NCBI GenBank assembly: GCA_001179505.1
Contig: CDMY01000419.1
Span: forward strand, 16,998-80,997
Direction of reading: 5' to 3'
Length of the DNA stretch: 64,000 nucleotides
DNA from: Vitrella brassicaformis CCMP3155
Taxonomy: Eukaryota; Protista; Chromerida
Below, in pieces: positions 12,407-27,078 of this stretch. Under the pieces are notes generated by a model, which made no database searches, was not told where the DNA came from, and saw nothing but the letters and a program-made list of their open reading frames with translations. The position numbers were made by a program, and so were the translations under genes. Position 1 is the first letter of the stretch; each line of letters opens with the position of its first letter.

Positions 12407-15173
12407 ATGGACTTTCGAGTGGACTTTCGGCTTGTGGCTTGGGGCGCCAACAACAGCAGCGAAGTGCCGGCGGCAAGATCGTCTACAGAACCCGCGCCAA
12501 GGTTGACTCAGACCACTCATGGCGCAGCATCCAGCTCTGCAAGGCACCACAAAGGCAGCACCGGCAGCAGAGGCATCCAGGAGGTGCAGCTGCCGCCATG
12601 CGGCAATGATCAACAAGGCTCTGGAGGGCCCAAGAGCGTCGCTGCTGGGCGGTGCCATGTGTGTGTGGCGATGGCTGATGGGAGCCTCTGGGCGTGCGGG
12701 AAGGGCATCTACGGTACACACGTCATTGAAGAGGGAAGATTACAACGACTGCAATCATCCGAGCTCATCTGCACGTGTCTGTGTTGGTGGTCTCCTGTGT
12801 GGCCGTCCGTGTTGGTGCATGGCATGCAGGTCAGCTGGGTGTGAGGGAGCACCAGCAGGTCACGCACTTCACTCAGGTCTGGCTGACTGAGCCGGGCTCG
12901 AGCTCGGTGGCCACCGGCCGATTGCTCGTCAAGCAAGTCGCATGCTCCGACTACCATACACTGTAGGCACGCGACTGGGCGGGACGTCAGTGGGGTGGGC
13001 CCCGCTTGCCCTCTCCATGTCATGAGTGCACTCATCGTGTCCTGTCATGTCCTGTTGCGGTTTTCCTTGTGTGTGTGTGCAGAGCGTTGACAGAGGGCGG
13101 CAAGGTCTTCACCTGGGGCAGCAATTCAAACGCCAAACTGGGCCACCCCGGTGGGTCGCCAGGAGAGAACGGCCTATATATGCATCTTTTTTTTTCTTGC
13201 TGGTCTGTCTGTGTTTCATTCAGTGCGTCTGTCGCCCCGATATGACGGCTGCTCGCAGCCCACACTGGTCACCACTCTGGCCGACCAGGTCGGGTCGGAG
13301 AAAATGGACAAGCGGAACCTGAAGTTCATTCTGCCCCTTGTTTGTGCCAGTCGATAGCCGTAGCATCGATTGCCTGTGGCGACGCACACTCGGTGGCACT
13401 CGCTGAGAATGGAAAGGTAGGTACGGACACAGAAAGAGACAGTGTCGGTCGATGCTTCGTTCGCATGACTGGACGCCTATGTGTGCAGGTGTGGTCCTGG
13501 GGGTGCACGCGCAACGGTTCCCTCAACTACGGGCAGTGTGGCCACAACAGTCACACCAAACCCACACACACGCCTACACCCATACAAGTAACCACGAAAC
13601 CACACACACGAGAAGACACTCACGCCCCGATGCACCCACCATCTCCATACATCCCTCTCTCTGTCCATCCATCAGGCCCTGGCATCTTCGGGCATCTGCA
13701 TCCGCAGCATATCGTGCGGCGCCTTCCACACTCTAGCGATAGACGCCGAGGGCCGGGTCTACAGCTGGGGGGCGGGTGAGTATGGGGAGCTGGGATTGGG
13801 CGATTTCCGTCATCGTGCGTCGCCGGTGCGTGTGGAGGCCTTCCTGGACCCGGTGAGGGAGAGGAGGGGCGAGAGGGGCAGGGGGGCGTCGTTGCGGTCT
13901 GTCAAGGGCAGGGCCACCGTCAGAGAGGTACGCTTGGGGCCTGTGTGGGTTTGTTGTGTGGTGGAGAAATGGATTGTCTGTCTGTCGTGTGTGTGTCATC
14001 AGGAGGCGCCTGTAGTGGTGTCTGTGTCTGGCGGTGGGCGGCACACTCTCATGCTGACAGCTGACGGTGACGTCTACGCATGCGGATACAATCAGCACGG
14101 CCAGTGTGGCAGCGGCAACACAGAGAACCTGTGCTACCCTCTGCGCATCGAGAGCTTCGTCACCTCCTCCCGACCCCCCTCACCCTTCTCCCTCTCTCGC
14201 CCGCCCAGCACTCGCAATTCACCCCAGCTGCCCAGGCCGCTCACGAGCGACACCGCCAAGAGGGAAAGGGGGGAGGACACGCACCGGGCGGCACACACGA
14301 TGGCCCAGGTGGTTGCGTGTTGGAGCCACTCGCTGTTCCTGACATCCGACGGACGAGCACTTGCATGCGGGATGGGTGAGAGATGCACAGATAATGAATG
14401 ACCTGCAACATTATGGATCTGAATGTGGATTTTCAGGTCGCAATGGCGAGCTGGGCAGAGACGACATCAGGTCCCGCGTGAGGCCCACCGAGGTCCCGAT
14501 GCATGGCTTCCCATCTCTCCGAGTCGACCAGCTGTGGGGCGGCGGCATGAAGAGCTTCGCCCTCCTGGTCCCCGCCAACGCCAACGCCCCTCCGCCCCCG
14601 TTGACCTATCCCCCACCCATCGCACCTTCCACCAGCCCTCGTCCCAAGGACGGCACGTCGCTGCACAGGCAGCTCGATGCCTGCAGCCAGACGGAGAGCC
14701 TCCCGCTGCCCTCAAGCAGGGTGGAGGTGGGGTCGCGTCATGTGGAGTTTGTGCATCGGTTTGTGAGGTTTGAGGTGGCTAGAGGCGAGTGGGAAGGGGA
14801 AAGCGGGCGGACAGTGCTGCAGGAGAAGATCGACACGTTTACACAGGTGGGCGTGAAGAGCCAGTCGTCATGTGTGATTCCATTGCCCATTTGCTGCCCG
14901 CAGGATGTTGCTACCCGTGACTCACCCCCGGCGTTGGTGAAGCTGGTAGCTGCCGAGCCCTCCTCAACGTCAGAAGACGATCCCAGTCCGAGTACGGCCT
15001 CCCTCACCCTGCAGCTCATCACCAGACACCGCCCGCAGACACACCTTTCCGTGTCGGCCGTGGCGCAGGTGTTTAGCGAGTGTCTAGGGGATAGCCTGGT
15101 GTCTCAGCCGAGGTGGTATGAAATATTGCCGGAGGGGGAGGGGGAGGGCAGTAAGACCAGGGCCCAGGGGTGA
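12407..15173 (+). CDS. RCC1-repeat (RLD) protein, multi-exon
   Basis: Repeated RCC1 blades: VAAGRCHVCVAMADGSLWACGKG, QVACSDYHTL|ALTEGGKVFTWGSNSNAKLG, IACGDAHSVALAENG|VWSWG..GQCG, VSGGGRHTLMLTADGDVYACGYNQHGQCG, VACWSHSLFLTSDGRALACG. Confidence 0.9.
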
Positions 15174-15816
15174 GGGAGATGAAAGAAGACTGACCATGTT
15201 GGTGTGCATACGAGGGAATCGCTGTGTTTATATCCATCTCGCTGGGTGTGTGGTTTTTCCATTCTTGCGGTCTCCACGTGTGTATGCGTCTTTTGGGTGT
15301 GTGGTGTGAGGGACCGCGCATACTTGATACAATACCACGAATGTGTGTGTGCATGGAAACACGAGTCCAAACCCTTCAAACCTTCATATACCTACCCCAG
15401 AAACTCGTCTCACCAGGACGTGCTAACACAGGCGACGAACGTGACACATGAATCGACACAACAAAAAATGTACGGCCACCCCTGTAGCTGAGTGGGTGCT
15501 CCTGGCGCTTGAAAGAGCCAGCCCCTGCACCTGCAACATCTCTGTGTGTGCTGTGCTGGCCGCAACGTATGCTTGCTCTGACTTGTGTATGAAACAAGAA
15601 AGACACAGACAGACAGACACAGAAGGTACGAAGGACGGAGGAACGGAGGAACGGAAAGAGGGATGGAGGGAGAAGGCGGAGGGAGGGAGACACGCACACG
15701 CAGCCCAGGCCCCACCCAGCCATCCATCCATCCATCAATCCAACGCACATGCATTCACACATAGCCGACACACTCACCGAGACACACACTTTGTAAGTGA
15801 CACGATGCTCATTCGT

Positions 15817-18800
15817 TCATTCTGCTACCGATGACGAGAGGGCCACATCCACAGTGCCAGTGCCACTGGGCTGGCCCGCAACATCACCATGAGGGCTGTG
15901 GTTGTCACCGTCGTGTTCGCTGCTGACCGTCACCTCGTATCGCCGCTTGGACGACTGGCCAGGGCGATGCGCATGAACGTGGCCCTTGGGCGTCTGGTGC
16001 ACACCTTCTTCTACTTGGTGGGGCAGAAAGGCACACTCTGGAACGAACACGGCAAACGCACACACAGGTGCGGTGCCGATTCATGTGTGTTGGTCGCGCC
16101 ATGTGCCTGTCGTGTCTCGCTTGCCTGGAGAGTTTTCTCTGCTGAGATGCCTCACGCCAGGGTTGGCTGTGTCTCCTTGACAGCTCTCGCCAGCCTCGGT
16201 GGTCGACCCGCCCTTGGCGAGCTGGCCGACCGTCCCATTCCCATCGGTGGATCCGTCGTCCTTGCAATTGGCAGCTGGAGGAGCGGCGGCCTCGCGAGGC
16301 AACGCCAGGGGAGGCATCGACAGGAAGCTTGGCTGGGGATCGTCGTGAGCGATTCTGCAGTCGATGGCGAATAGAGTGTCCTCCATGAGAGCGGCGAGGG
16401 ACTGGTCGGCTCGGAGGGGGCTGTTGGGGTTTTGCAACAGATCCAGCACCTCCTAATGAACGGCGTCCAGTCCACACAGACAGACAAGGATGAGAGCGAG
16501 CAGCCCATGGGCATCACGTCTTCCTTTCGTCTCACTCACTTTGCAGACGCCTCTGATGTCCCTGGTTTCCAGCTGCCCCTTTGCTGCGTTGATGGTGTCC
16601 TCATGTATGACGGCCTCCACCATGACGGCGGGCAGCGGTGGACCCTCCAGCCGGGGCGCCTTGCTCAGACACAAGAGCTCTTGCAGGCGATACAAGAGCT
16701 ACACACACACACACACACACACACGGACACGGGTCCATCCATATATTGCCGTGTGTTGTGTCTGTCTCGCCCTCCCTGTCCGAGTACTCACCTCTTTCTC
16801 TACTTCCACCATCTCTATCGACGCATTCGTTGGCGAGGCCGCGGTGGCTTCCGAGTTGGGAGACTTGTGCCCTCCGCCGATCGCCATCTGCTGCTTCACC
16901 CTGTCCCAGTTTCCGACGCCGCCAGGTGGTGATCCACGCCGCGAAGACACGGGCGATGGGCTCTGCCCGGCGGGGATGGTGGGCAGTGCGATGGACGCGC
17001 TGGTGGCCTCGTGGATGGCGGTGGGTAGCCGGGGGAAGGCCAGCTTTATGTGGATGGACGGTTGGTCCGAAGGCAGCGGGGTGGCCGCACCACTGTCGGT
17101 GGGCGTCAGCTCCACCAGATTGCCAACCTGAAACAGAGAGACACGCATGCCCATGTGCATATTGACGAGGCACAGAGGGAGACGTGAGAGGGGGCGTACC
17201 TTGCTGGAGAGTTTCTTGATGGTGCTGGTGAGGAGCTTCAAATCCTTCCTGTTGTACTCGTCCTTGCCCTGCCGATACGCCAACAACCTGCATGGCCATC
17301 CATGACGCACATAAGAGCCACACCGATCCATATGCACACGACACGCGGCGAGTACACCACACCCGATGAAGTCCAACCTACCTCATGAGGAAGACCTCGT
17401 CGACATCCTCGTGTGCGAGTTTGACTGCGGCTCTTCTGGCGAGTATGTTGAAGATGGTTCCCAGCACCATCATGCCACCTCCGATGACGAATATGGCGGG
17501 GATCCAGCTGAGGCCGCCCTCGTCCACCAGGGGAAACGATACTGCTGTGCATATGTACGCGACCACCGCACTGCACAGAAATATCCACGCGCGACGCTGC
17601 AGAGAAGCAGAGAGACAGACCGCACACAGTGTGTGTGGCCGTGTGGGAGTGTGTTTCTGTTTGTGTTGTTACGGACGGTGCTTCTGCGTATGAGTGCGTG
17701 TGCCCTCTCGCCCTTGGTTTCGTCCAGAAGGCTCTCGAGCGGCCGGGGACCAGGGAAGTGGTCCAGCAGAGTGCGCCAGTAGTGCTCCCTGTCCCCCACA
17801 CACAAGAACACACCACACGACATGCCGTGTCCTGTCTGCACTGATCTGCTCACTGTGGTGTGAATGCTTTGAATGGCATTCTGAATAGGCCGGTAAGGGG
17901 GTCTTCGAATGGCTTGCCGAGCAGGAACTGCTGCAGCGCCTTCTTGATCTTACGGTCGGCTTCCTCCGCATTCCTATCGACCCAAGCACCTTGTTCTCCT
18001 CTCCCGTGTATATGTGTATGTGAATCCTTGGGGTGGGTGGTTAAGTCACCTGAATGGCCATGTGTAGTATTTGACGGCGAATGAGACAAGTGCCAGCACT
18101 GTGGGGATGTAGACGAAGAAGGCACGGATCAGAAATACCACCCAAGCACTCTGCTCCTGGGAGACGCCGTCCTGATGGGTGGATGGATAGATGACACACA
18201 TACGTCGACCAAACACGACACACAAACATGGTGCGTGCCTGCACCTTTGAGGCCTTGAATCCTGCGGCGGCGATGACAGCTATTGGGAATGCCTGTGCGG
18301 GAACGGCGACGATCTTGGGCACGAATGAGCTGAACATCGTGAACGACGCCTCGTTGCGAACACCCGCCCTGCATGCACGTCCATGCAGATGTAAGGAGAC
18401 GTGTGGGTGTTGCTGGCGTGTGTGTGTATGTGCTGACCGGAGTTCATCGTAGTCGATGGTGAGCCCGAGAATGTTATCGGTGAGGAAGACGGCCCCGATG
18501 GGGAAGCCGTTGATCAGCGATATGCCTACGTGATGAAATGATATACATCCAAGCAACCCGTCTGTCTATCTGTACACTGCGCTCCCTGCCCTGCCATACT
18601 CGCTCACCGACAGTGAGCCATTGGTCCCCGCTGCCGACGAAGATGAGCAGGCCGTTGGTCTGACATACATTAGATCAGTCAGTCACGCACACGTGAATGT
18701 GTCAGAAGCCTGTTGGTTGCAACCAACAAGTCGTAGCTACCAGCGCATTCAGCAGGTTTGTTGCCTGAGTGCACCAGTGCGGTAGTATGATAGATAGATA

Positions 18801-21800
18801 GATAGATATCCATAAATCGTACCATCCTTTGTTTACCTGCCATGCTGTGATGTCGCCGAAGCGCCGGGCGATCAAATGCCTGCATCCATTCATTGAGTGC
18901 AGTGTGTTGGCGGCTGGGCAACAAGGAGATTGCAGCGTGGAGTGAGTGACCGAGCCGACCAGAGTGGCATAGCGATTAATGCACCAAGGAGGAGGGAGCA
19001 CAGCGCCATACCTATCGAGACACACATAACCGACGGCATTGATGCTTGAGGGGAGAGAGGGCACCAAATTGGATGGTATCTGTCTTTGTACCAAGGAGTA
19101 TTTGCGAGTCGCATTCCTTTTCGTCGTCGATGGTTCGTTCGTCGGTGGGGTCGTAGTCCTCGCACACCACATGGACAGCGAAGTAGGGCATCATGGTCGC
19201 CAACAGAGATAGCAGAGTCGTGTCCAACACCCACGGGATGATCATTGTCCTGCCCACAGTCAGTCAGTCAATCAGTCAGTCAGTCACACAGAGAGCAAGT
19301 GAAGCAAGCAGAGAAGGGGACACACCCACTCACTGTGCGACCTGAAAGGTCGGTTCTCGAGCACTCCTAATAGGGTCGGCACAATAATGTCGATCTTGCT
19401 CATGCGAGGCGCGGAGACCTTATCTCCAGCACCAGCATGTTCGGGAGACGGGCGCTCCTTCTGGTCCTTGAAGCCCTCGTCCCACATGACCATCGGCTTG
19501 CTCTGCTGCTGGGGCGGCTTGTCACTGATGCTGCGCTGCCCGGGCACTATTGACGTGTCCCCGACTGGCTGCATCCCCGCACTTGGAACGTCGTCGAGTC
19601 TGTCACACACCGACCAGACACACACAAGGGATGATCTGTGTCTGTCTGTCTGTCTGTCTGTGTGTCTTTTTTCTCACTTGGCGGCTTCGCTGACGGTGAG
19701 GGAAATGCGCTCTTCCAAAACCCCGTCTAGATGGACAGCGGCATCAGCATCGACGATGGCGGTGATTGCACGCGATGGGGTCTCCCGGGTTTCGGGACCA
19801 GTGGCGGTGTTGCCGAGGAGATGGGCCGACTGTGACTTCCTGACCTGCTTTGGGTTGGCGAACCCCTTGACAGTCTTGAATCTGTAGTATCATGTACCGT
19901 GAGACATGCACCATTTACTTGGTGATTGTTCCTTCGTTCGTTCGTTCGTCGGTCATCCATATTATCTGTGTGTGTGCCTACCTGTATTCCTCTTCCCCCT
20001 CTGGATTTTCTCTCAAAAGGTACACACATAGCAGCTGCACACGCAGACAAACAAGCTGACAACCCCTCCGTGTGTATATGTATGTGTGTATGTGTTTGTA
20101 GGCTCCCTGACCATCGCACAAAGGAAGTAGACTGAGAAGCTGATGCCCACAATGGAGAACGACAGCCAGATGTCTTGCTGACATCACACACGCACGCACG
20201 AACAGACACAGACACAAACCAATCACGGCATGGACAGAAGTAGAAGGTCGGGCACGCAGATATACCTGGAGGCAATTGTCTTGGTACTCTTCCAGTTCGC
20301 AGTCTTCCTGAGCACTCCTCTGCACGGCTGAGCCGTTGGACGCAGCCTGGAAAAACTCCTCATCACACTCTAGACACAAACACACCGACAAACATAGCGC
20401 GGCAGATTGCGGGTGGACCGGGGAATGCATCAATCGCCCACCGACCTGAGACATCACATGGTCTGGCCCGCTTGACAGCTATCTCGGCCACCACCGGCAG
20501 CACAGCGGCACCCAGCATTCCTGAGTGATTGATTGATGTAATAAACCCACCCAGACACGGGCAAATGTCTCAGCACAAACCACATGCCCGATTCATTACC
20601 GATCATGGCGAATGCCTTGTTGACAAAAAACAGCTCGCGACGGGCACGCTGACTGAGTGCACGAGACAGAGCAAAGACACTTTCCGCCTCCCAACGCTTT
20701 TGCTGCGTCATTGGTGTTTCGATTAACTGACCTGGTCGTGATTTCCTGCCCCAGAGCGTTGTGTGGGACGTTCGTCAGCGTGTCAGCAAGGAAAAACAAT
20801 ATGTACAAAACGCCAAACCAGAGGCCTGAAACAAATCGATGGCCTCTTTGCCTGTCTGTCTGTGTGCTGGCTGAGCGTATGCCGCTCCGACCGATTTCCG
20901 GTCTGTCAATGAGTGTCGACCACGGCGTGCAGAGCAGGGACAGCAGCAACGCATAGAAGAAGCAGCCCACAAACATGAAGGGCCTCCTGCGACCCCAACG
21001 AGTGTGAGCAGAATCAGTAATGCTCGCCTGACACACAATCACGCGTATAACGGCATCGCATTCATGGCTTGTACCCTGCGCACCATTAATGGGTCGGTGA
21101 GCACGTCGATTGATCGCCCAGCAGCCACAAAGAAAGCCAGGATGGCCAATGTCGCCTGGGATGTGGTGAGACATCATATTATCAATTTACAGACGAACAT
21201 GTGTGTGTGCGTACCCCCAGTTTTTCGTATCGAGTCAACATGTGAACTCTGGTGGGGAGACGAGAACGGCAGGCGAATACCAACGCGCATACAAGAAACG
21301 GGTATCATTTGTGGATGTGTGTATGTGGAAGGTCAAACACGAGAGCTGCTTACACAACCAGCAGGTTGACTGGACCGGTCTTTGCCAGCTCGGGCAAACC
21401 TGGAGAGAGAATGACGGCCGTCACACTCACACATGTCTCATCGCCGGCGGTACACCCTACCGTAGGCAATCTTCTTGTAAAATGGAATCGATCCTCTTGG
21501 GTCACTGTTCACAAAGATACCCTGTTTCCGCTCCTGCAGATAACGAATGTCATTCATCGCCCCACAGCCGGCCCGTGCCACTCCCTCTGGCGCTCACTCA
21601 CTCACCTTGAGTCTCTGTTTGAGCAATTTCCATCTCGCCTGGCCCCTTTCCGATATCACAGACGGGCTACCGCCCCAAAATTTGCTCAGCTCTCTTCTTT
21701 TATGAGCGAGCCGAGGGCTCTCCTGCACCAGCTCGAGCACGTAGGCCTTTTGGGGCTCGAAAATAAAGATCTCCGGGTCGACCGGCGTGGCCAATGTCTC

Positions 21801-21809
21801 GCCCTCCAT
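15817..21809 (-). CDS. MFS transporter of the GPH / MFS_2 (MelB, Na+/sugar symporter-like) family with a long C-terminal extension
   Basis: Exons: MEGETLATPVD.., IPFYKKIAYG, HTRWGRRRPFMFVG, FLADTLTNVPHNALGQEIT, IRAFFVYIPTVLALVSFAVKYYTWPF (TM12), then RKIKKALQQFLLG, an extra hydrophobic segment and a Ser/Pro-rich tail. The 3' end is less certain. Confidence 0.85.
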
Positions 21810-22544
21810 CTGAGCAGATATATCGGCGACATGCGATGTGTTTCCTGCAGCAGCTGGCTACCTTGAGGGTGAACGACACTGATTCCGGGAGTCCCCTCTC
21901 TTTAAGAATCCGCAGACAGGCGGCTCTTACCAACTCTACCTCATTTTGGATACCGAATGGCATAATCTGGCCACAACAACAGCACACACAGTCAGTCTAA
22001 GGCCCCACAAGACAGCAGTGATCGATCAGACGACCTCTTTGTGTCTTTCTCCCAAATAAATCAATGTGTACCTTTACGGACAGAGACAGAGAGGATAGCG
22101 GCGCACGAACGCATGCAGCCCGAATTCGTTTGTTGACTTACTGCGGCCCGCTTGGGGCAGCGGTCGGCGGGCTTGTATGGGGTCTGCCGACAGGTGCCGT
22201 CAGCAATCTCCTGCGCCTGGTTGGACCGGCGGGGGTCGTGGGGGAGTGCTGTACGTGCAAATTGGGAGGTTCGCACTGCCCGGCCGTCGAACCTTTGTTC
22301 GTTGGGGATGTTTTTGCCTGAATGACAAATCATGAAGCAGCGTGTTGAGGGTATGAAGCCAGAGGAGATGGTACAGCGGAGTTACCTTACTCATCGGATT
22401 CCGTTCTGGCGTTGCTTTTGACGCCTCCTCATGCGCGTTCGGCGGCTGCTGCATCGTTCGAACTGGACCAGAGACTCTTGTAGATTCGGTTGGCTTCGAT
22501 TAATTCATCACCCTCTCCTCGCCCTGAGCCTGCGAGCTACCCCC

Positions 22545-25500
22545 ATGAGCCCCCACTTCCGGGCAATGGCTTCGCGCCATTTTGAACGACGCCGGAACGT
22601 CAACGACGCCACCACTCCTGTGCACAAACGTCGGGCTCGTTCTGAAAAGGTTCCGAAGGAAGGCCGCGTTTTCCTCAGTGGGCGGGATGCTTGTTGTACT
22701 CGTCTTGGTGCTCAACGCAGGTTTGGATAGAATCCGATGAAAATGATGAACTCAACCGTGATGAGAAGATCCATCGCAAAATGGTCGATACACGATTGGT
22801 CGTGGGAGTGTCACTTGCCAAAGACTTTTCTTTCCTCCTCCTGACATGCCTTCAGGTCAGAGACATCATGCGGCTGGAGCAAGATGACTACTCAGTAAGC
22901 CAAGGATGACCAACAGACTTGCTTTGTCCTGCTACACTACTTCGGTTTTAGCGCCAGGAATCCTTCGAGAGTGCTGTGAGACAACAAGCTGACGAGGAGC
23001 CGACATCACTATCGCCCGTTGTCAAGGTCAAGGGTCATGAAGGCGCACACGCTGCATCAACAAAAGCCGTCCCCGTACCGAGTGGATCAGCAGTGCGATT
23101 TGATTTGGCGGGCTTTGCAAAGCCTCCCGCGAATGACACATGCTCTCCAAAGACCGCACGAACGGAGACGACGGACTCGAGCAAGAGGACGTCTGTCAGC
23201 AGCGTGGGACTCGAGCTTTATTCAGGAAATCTGTCAGACGTCGTCTCAGCTGCTCTTCTTATGACATGGACGTTCCTGGCTATCGTCGGCATCGTGGTGG
23301 AGCAGATTGAAGAAAAGCTGCCCGAGTTGTGGGACAAGCGAGGCGGAAACTTGTTCTTTTCCATAGAACGATACCTATCCAAATACTATGATGTTTCCAA
23401 CAACTATCGCTGGATAGAGCAGCCGGATTGGCCGGCAATCCTGCGTGGCTCGGTGTGGTCAATTCTTAGTTTTCTGTGTTTTTTCACTCTGGTTTCCCAA
23501 ACGCTCTTCTGGCGCAAGCAGGTTGCCATCGCCATCGAGAGCAGAGTAAGGCGGGTGAGAGCGAGGGCCCCACTGCGACTATTATTTTCTGCGCTGATTG
23601 TTGCAGATCAATGCTTACGTCCTGAATCGGCAGCGGAAAGCCATTCTGCGGAGCACACAAAGGAGAATCCCTCTTGCCGAGGACGCAAACATGCATAGTG
23701 GCAGCTCGCTGATGGAGAGGCGGTCGCCAAAGAAGGGCAATGCTCACTTGACCAAGGACCCTGTCAGGATCTCTTGCTTCCAGAGACTTAGGTGGCGATT
23801 CAGTATCGCGTGGTTCACGTAAGCATTCGATGTCTCCTCCTGGACTCATCTATGATACATTATGTGTGTGGGTCTGTCTTGGCAGGATGTTAGGGACGAC
23901 TGGCAAGGCCTTCTTTTTCTTCTACTTCAACAATGTAGGAGAAGAAATCTCGTTTCTCACTTGCTTTGTTATCGGCCTACTTTTGCTTCTCTTCAGGAGA
24001 TGCTCATGCTAGTTTTGCAAGGTTACGATTGCCTTTACCTAGGGGGTTTTGACTTGATCTCTTTTGACGAGGTGCCAGCGGGGCATTCTGGTCAAAGCGA
24101 CGCTCGCCGGGCTAATCGCCGTCCACTCACTGATTGTGCTCCTCATCTACCGCAGCCGGCGGCGTGTCCTGGCAATTTTCTTGTCGCTTCCATTCTCAAT
24201 CGCCTATGGGCTCCACGACATGTATGGAAAGATAAATAATCATGTGCGCTCATCGATCCTTGTGTCTTTAGACTGCTTAACGTGCACAATGCCAGCTCCA
24301 CGGTGGATTGGGGGAATCTATTACACATGAAGACAAAGAAAGGTGTCGTCCTGGCCTTGGCGGCTCTCTACCCCAGCGGCAGCGCATGGTACCGAGTACA
24401 GCAAATCCGTGTACGTGGACACACTAGTTTTCCTTTGTGGCCGCCATCGATGCAGGTGGAAGCTATGGAAGCTCGGATCGATACTGCTTGTCAGGTCGTA
24501 CGTCACGTACCGATCACAAAAGAGGGGCGACTCTGTCAAGCAACACACGGCCACTTGGTTGATGCGAATGATCGGGCCGGTGCGACACTGGTGCGCAACC
24601 ACTGTTTCGCGCACAATCAGCCGGGCTATGTCTCGCAGCAAGCGAAGCGGGGCCAGCCACATGGACGACGCACAGAATCGTCATCACGACGACAAAATCG
24701 CTTGCGACCAGAATGGAGGCGGCGTGGCCGACTGCCAACAACAACGTGGCGAGGAGGGAGGCGAAAGAACAGCCGGCTCACACGGGATCGATTGCTGCTC
24801 CAAGACTATATCGAAGCTTGAGCTTTCCCTGCGTGGCTGAACGTCAATCGGGAGCTCCACTCAGAAGCGGCAGGGCACACTGCCTAAAGGAGAGCCCTCT
24901 CGTCTCGACTGAGACGCTCAAGGAATGGTGGATCACGTATCGGGCGGCTTATTTGCCTGAGACCCGCCGCTTGTCCTTTCCCTGCTCTCGGCCCCCACAG
25001 CCAGCGGGCGACACGGATATTGAAGAAGACGAGGATACAGAAGACATTGTCAAGGAGAGGGCAGGATGTCTGACAGCTCGGTGCTCGACCTATTGTGCCC
25101 AAACGAAGGTTCGGTCACAGGCTGCGTCTCTCCGTGGCTGTGCGGGTGACGTTGAGACAGTAGACAGCTGTGTCTTGGAGGTCGAGAGTAACCATGAGGG
25201 CCAAGACGATGCCCTCAACGTGGATGCTGACATCGTCGGCATGTTGCCGCCAAGTCAGCTGATAATGGCGGAAGCCAAACTAAGTGAAAAACTCTCGAGT
25301 GAGGGGTAAGGAAAACAGCACATCTGAAAGACTTGTGATCATCCGTCTGGTCTGGGGTGGCAGCTTTGACATTGACACTCCCAAGAACGTCGAGGAGCAG
25401 CTTGTTCGACAGTGGACGCCTCAAAAGCTTACGCCGGTACTGTTGAGGGGCCTGGCCGCCAAAATGGAAAGCATGAAGACAAACGAAAGGATTCGGTGGT

Positions 25501-27078
25501 CCGTAAGAAGATCACCCGAAGGGTCACAGAAGATGGAAAAAACCTGATTACTGCTCTACGTGTCCCATTTGACGAAGGTATGAGAGGAATGTACTCTTTC
25601 CAATCCTCTGCTGCTGGGCCGTTGTTACGTGGACCTCCCTTGGCTTTCTCCTTTTCCAACTCGCAAGGGCTGGCACAGGTACAGTGTGACCAATTTGTAT
25701 CGTATGTATTCTCATTGAGTGACTCTCGGGGCAGAATGCTCCAAGGTGAGCGGGTACGAGCATTGTATCCTCAAGACGTATCCACCATTTGGCCCCCGGA
25801 GAAGCCAGGTCAACAAAAACAAAAGAGGAGTACCTCTGCCATGCAACTGGTGGGACAGAGCCAATCATTGACGTGCGATCCCGTGGACGCGCACACTGTC
25901 TCCGTCCGCGTGTGTGTCTGTAGCCGCTACTACTCGGGCGATCGCAGAGAGCAGCTGATATCGAACGAAGCTTTTGCTAGAGGCTTCGAGACATACACGA
26001 CGATCCAGGGCGCTGACCTGACATTTGAGGGGGCACCCGCTTTAGTTAACGCTCTGCAGACGGGAGATGTCGAGAACGTGGACCGCATACCCCCATCGAT
26101 CGGCAATCAGCGATTCATGTACAGCAAGCTGTAATTACCAATTCATGCGTACATCTGCCTAATCTCTGCCTGGGCTGCAGGGTTTTCCTGGTGCTCACGT
26201 GGTCCCAGTTGACATCCATTCCCAAAGAAGTCTGCTTATTGTCTAATCTGGTTTACCTCGCCGTCGATTGGTCCAACCTCGATGGGACGACTTTTCCGGA
26301 CTGTCTTTGGCTGATGCCCCGGCTGGAGAAGGCCGACTTTTCTTACGGAAACATAGCCGCGCTGCCCAGTTCCCTCGCTGGGTCAACTTCCTTCAAGCAT
26401 TTCAGTCTGAGAGGAAATCCAGTACGGGAGACATTGAACAGCTTGCCGAGATACATCCTCTCGTGCTTATTCAATGCAGATATGCCACAACGGATGGATG
26501 GACGCGGTGTCCGGTGCCGTAGCCGAATTCTTCGACAGGCTCATTTCACCGCCTTGCAGAAGCACAAGTTCTGTGGGCGAAGAGCTGACGGGGACAGAGT
26601 GCACTCCTGCATGCCGAGTGGTCATTGATTGGTTTGATGCCCTCGACCAAGACCAAAATGGCATACTGTGAGCGCCAGCAATACAAGCCGCTTGTGTCTC
26701 ATCGTTGGGTCAAGCAATCATGTGTGTGCCCCTCAGGTGTTGGGACGAAGTCGGTTTGATACTTCAGCGTGAGATCACACTTGCACCGTTGGTATCCATC
26801 GTTAGATTGTCTGCACACATGTACGGTCTTTGTGTGCAGGGACTTCATTGACATATAAACGCTTTTTGAAGCTGCTCAAGACACATCAGCCTTGGACCGC
26901 GCCCTATTATGAGTGTGCGAATTTCAACACGATTGGAATATGGTATGATTGCACTGACGATTTCCATCTATATGTGAGTCCTATCCGTCCGTATCCTATC
27001 AGGATGACTGGCGGTGAGAGTAACTGTCAGCAGTGCCCCTATGTCCTTCTGCCACTTCTCCCCGTGCCGCTGGGATGA
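22545..27078 (+). pseudogene. Multi-pass membrane protein with C-terminal LRR domain, copy 1 (two apparent 2-nt frameshift deletions)
   Basis: Exons align with copy 2 (VSSVGLELYSGNLSDVVSAALL, GGFDLISFDEVPAGH, LTSIPKEVCLLSNL..FPDCLWLMPRL..FSLRGNP). Relative to copy 2 it lacks 2 nt at ~24087 (CATTCTGGTC vs CATTTTTTAGTC) and 2 nt at ~24769 (AAAGAACAG vs AAAGAAAGCAG). These could be assembly errors. Confidence 0.7.

Noticed and set aside
22064-22321. 85-aa ORF with a hydrophobic stretch between MFS and LRR copy 1
   Set aside because: No recognisable motif and no counterpart upstream of copy 2; probably promoter/UTR.
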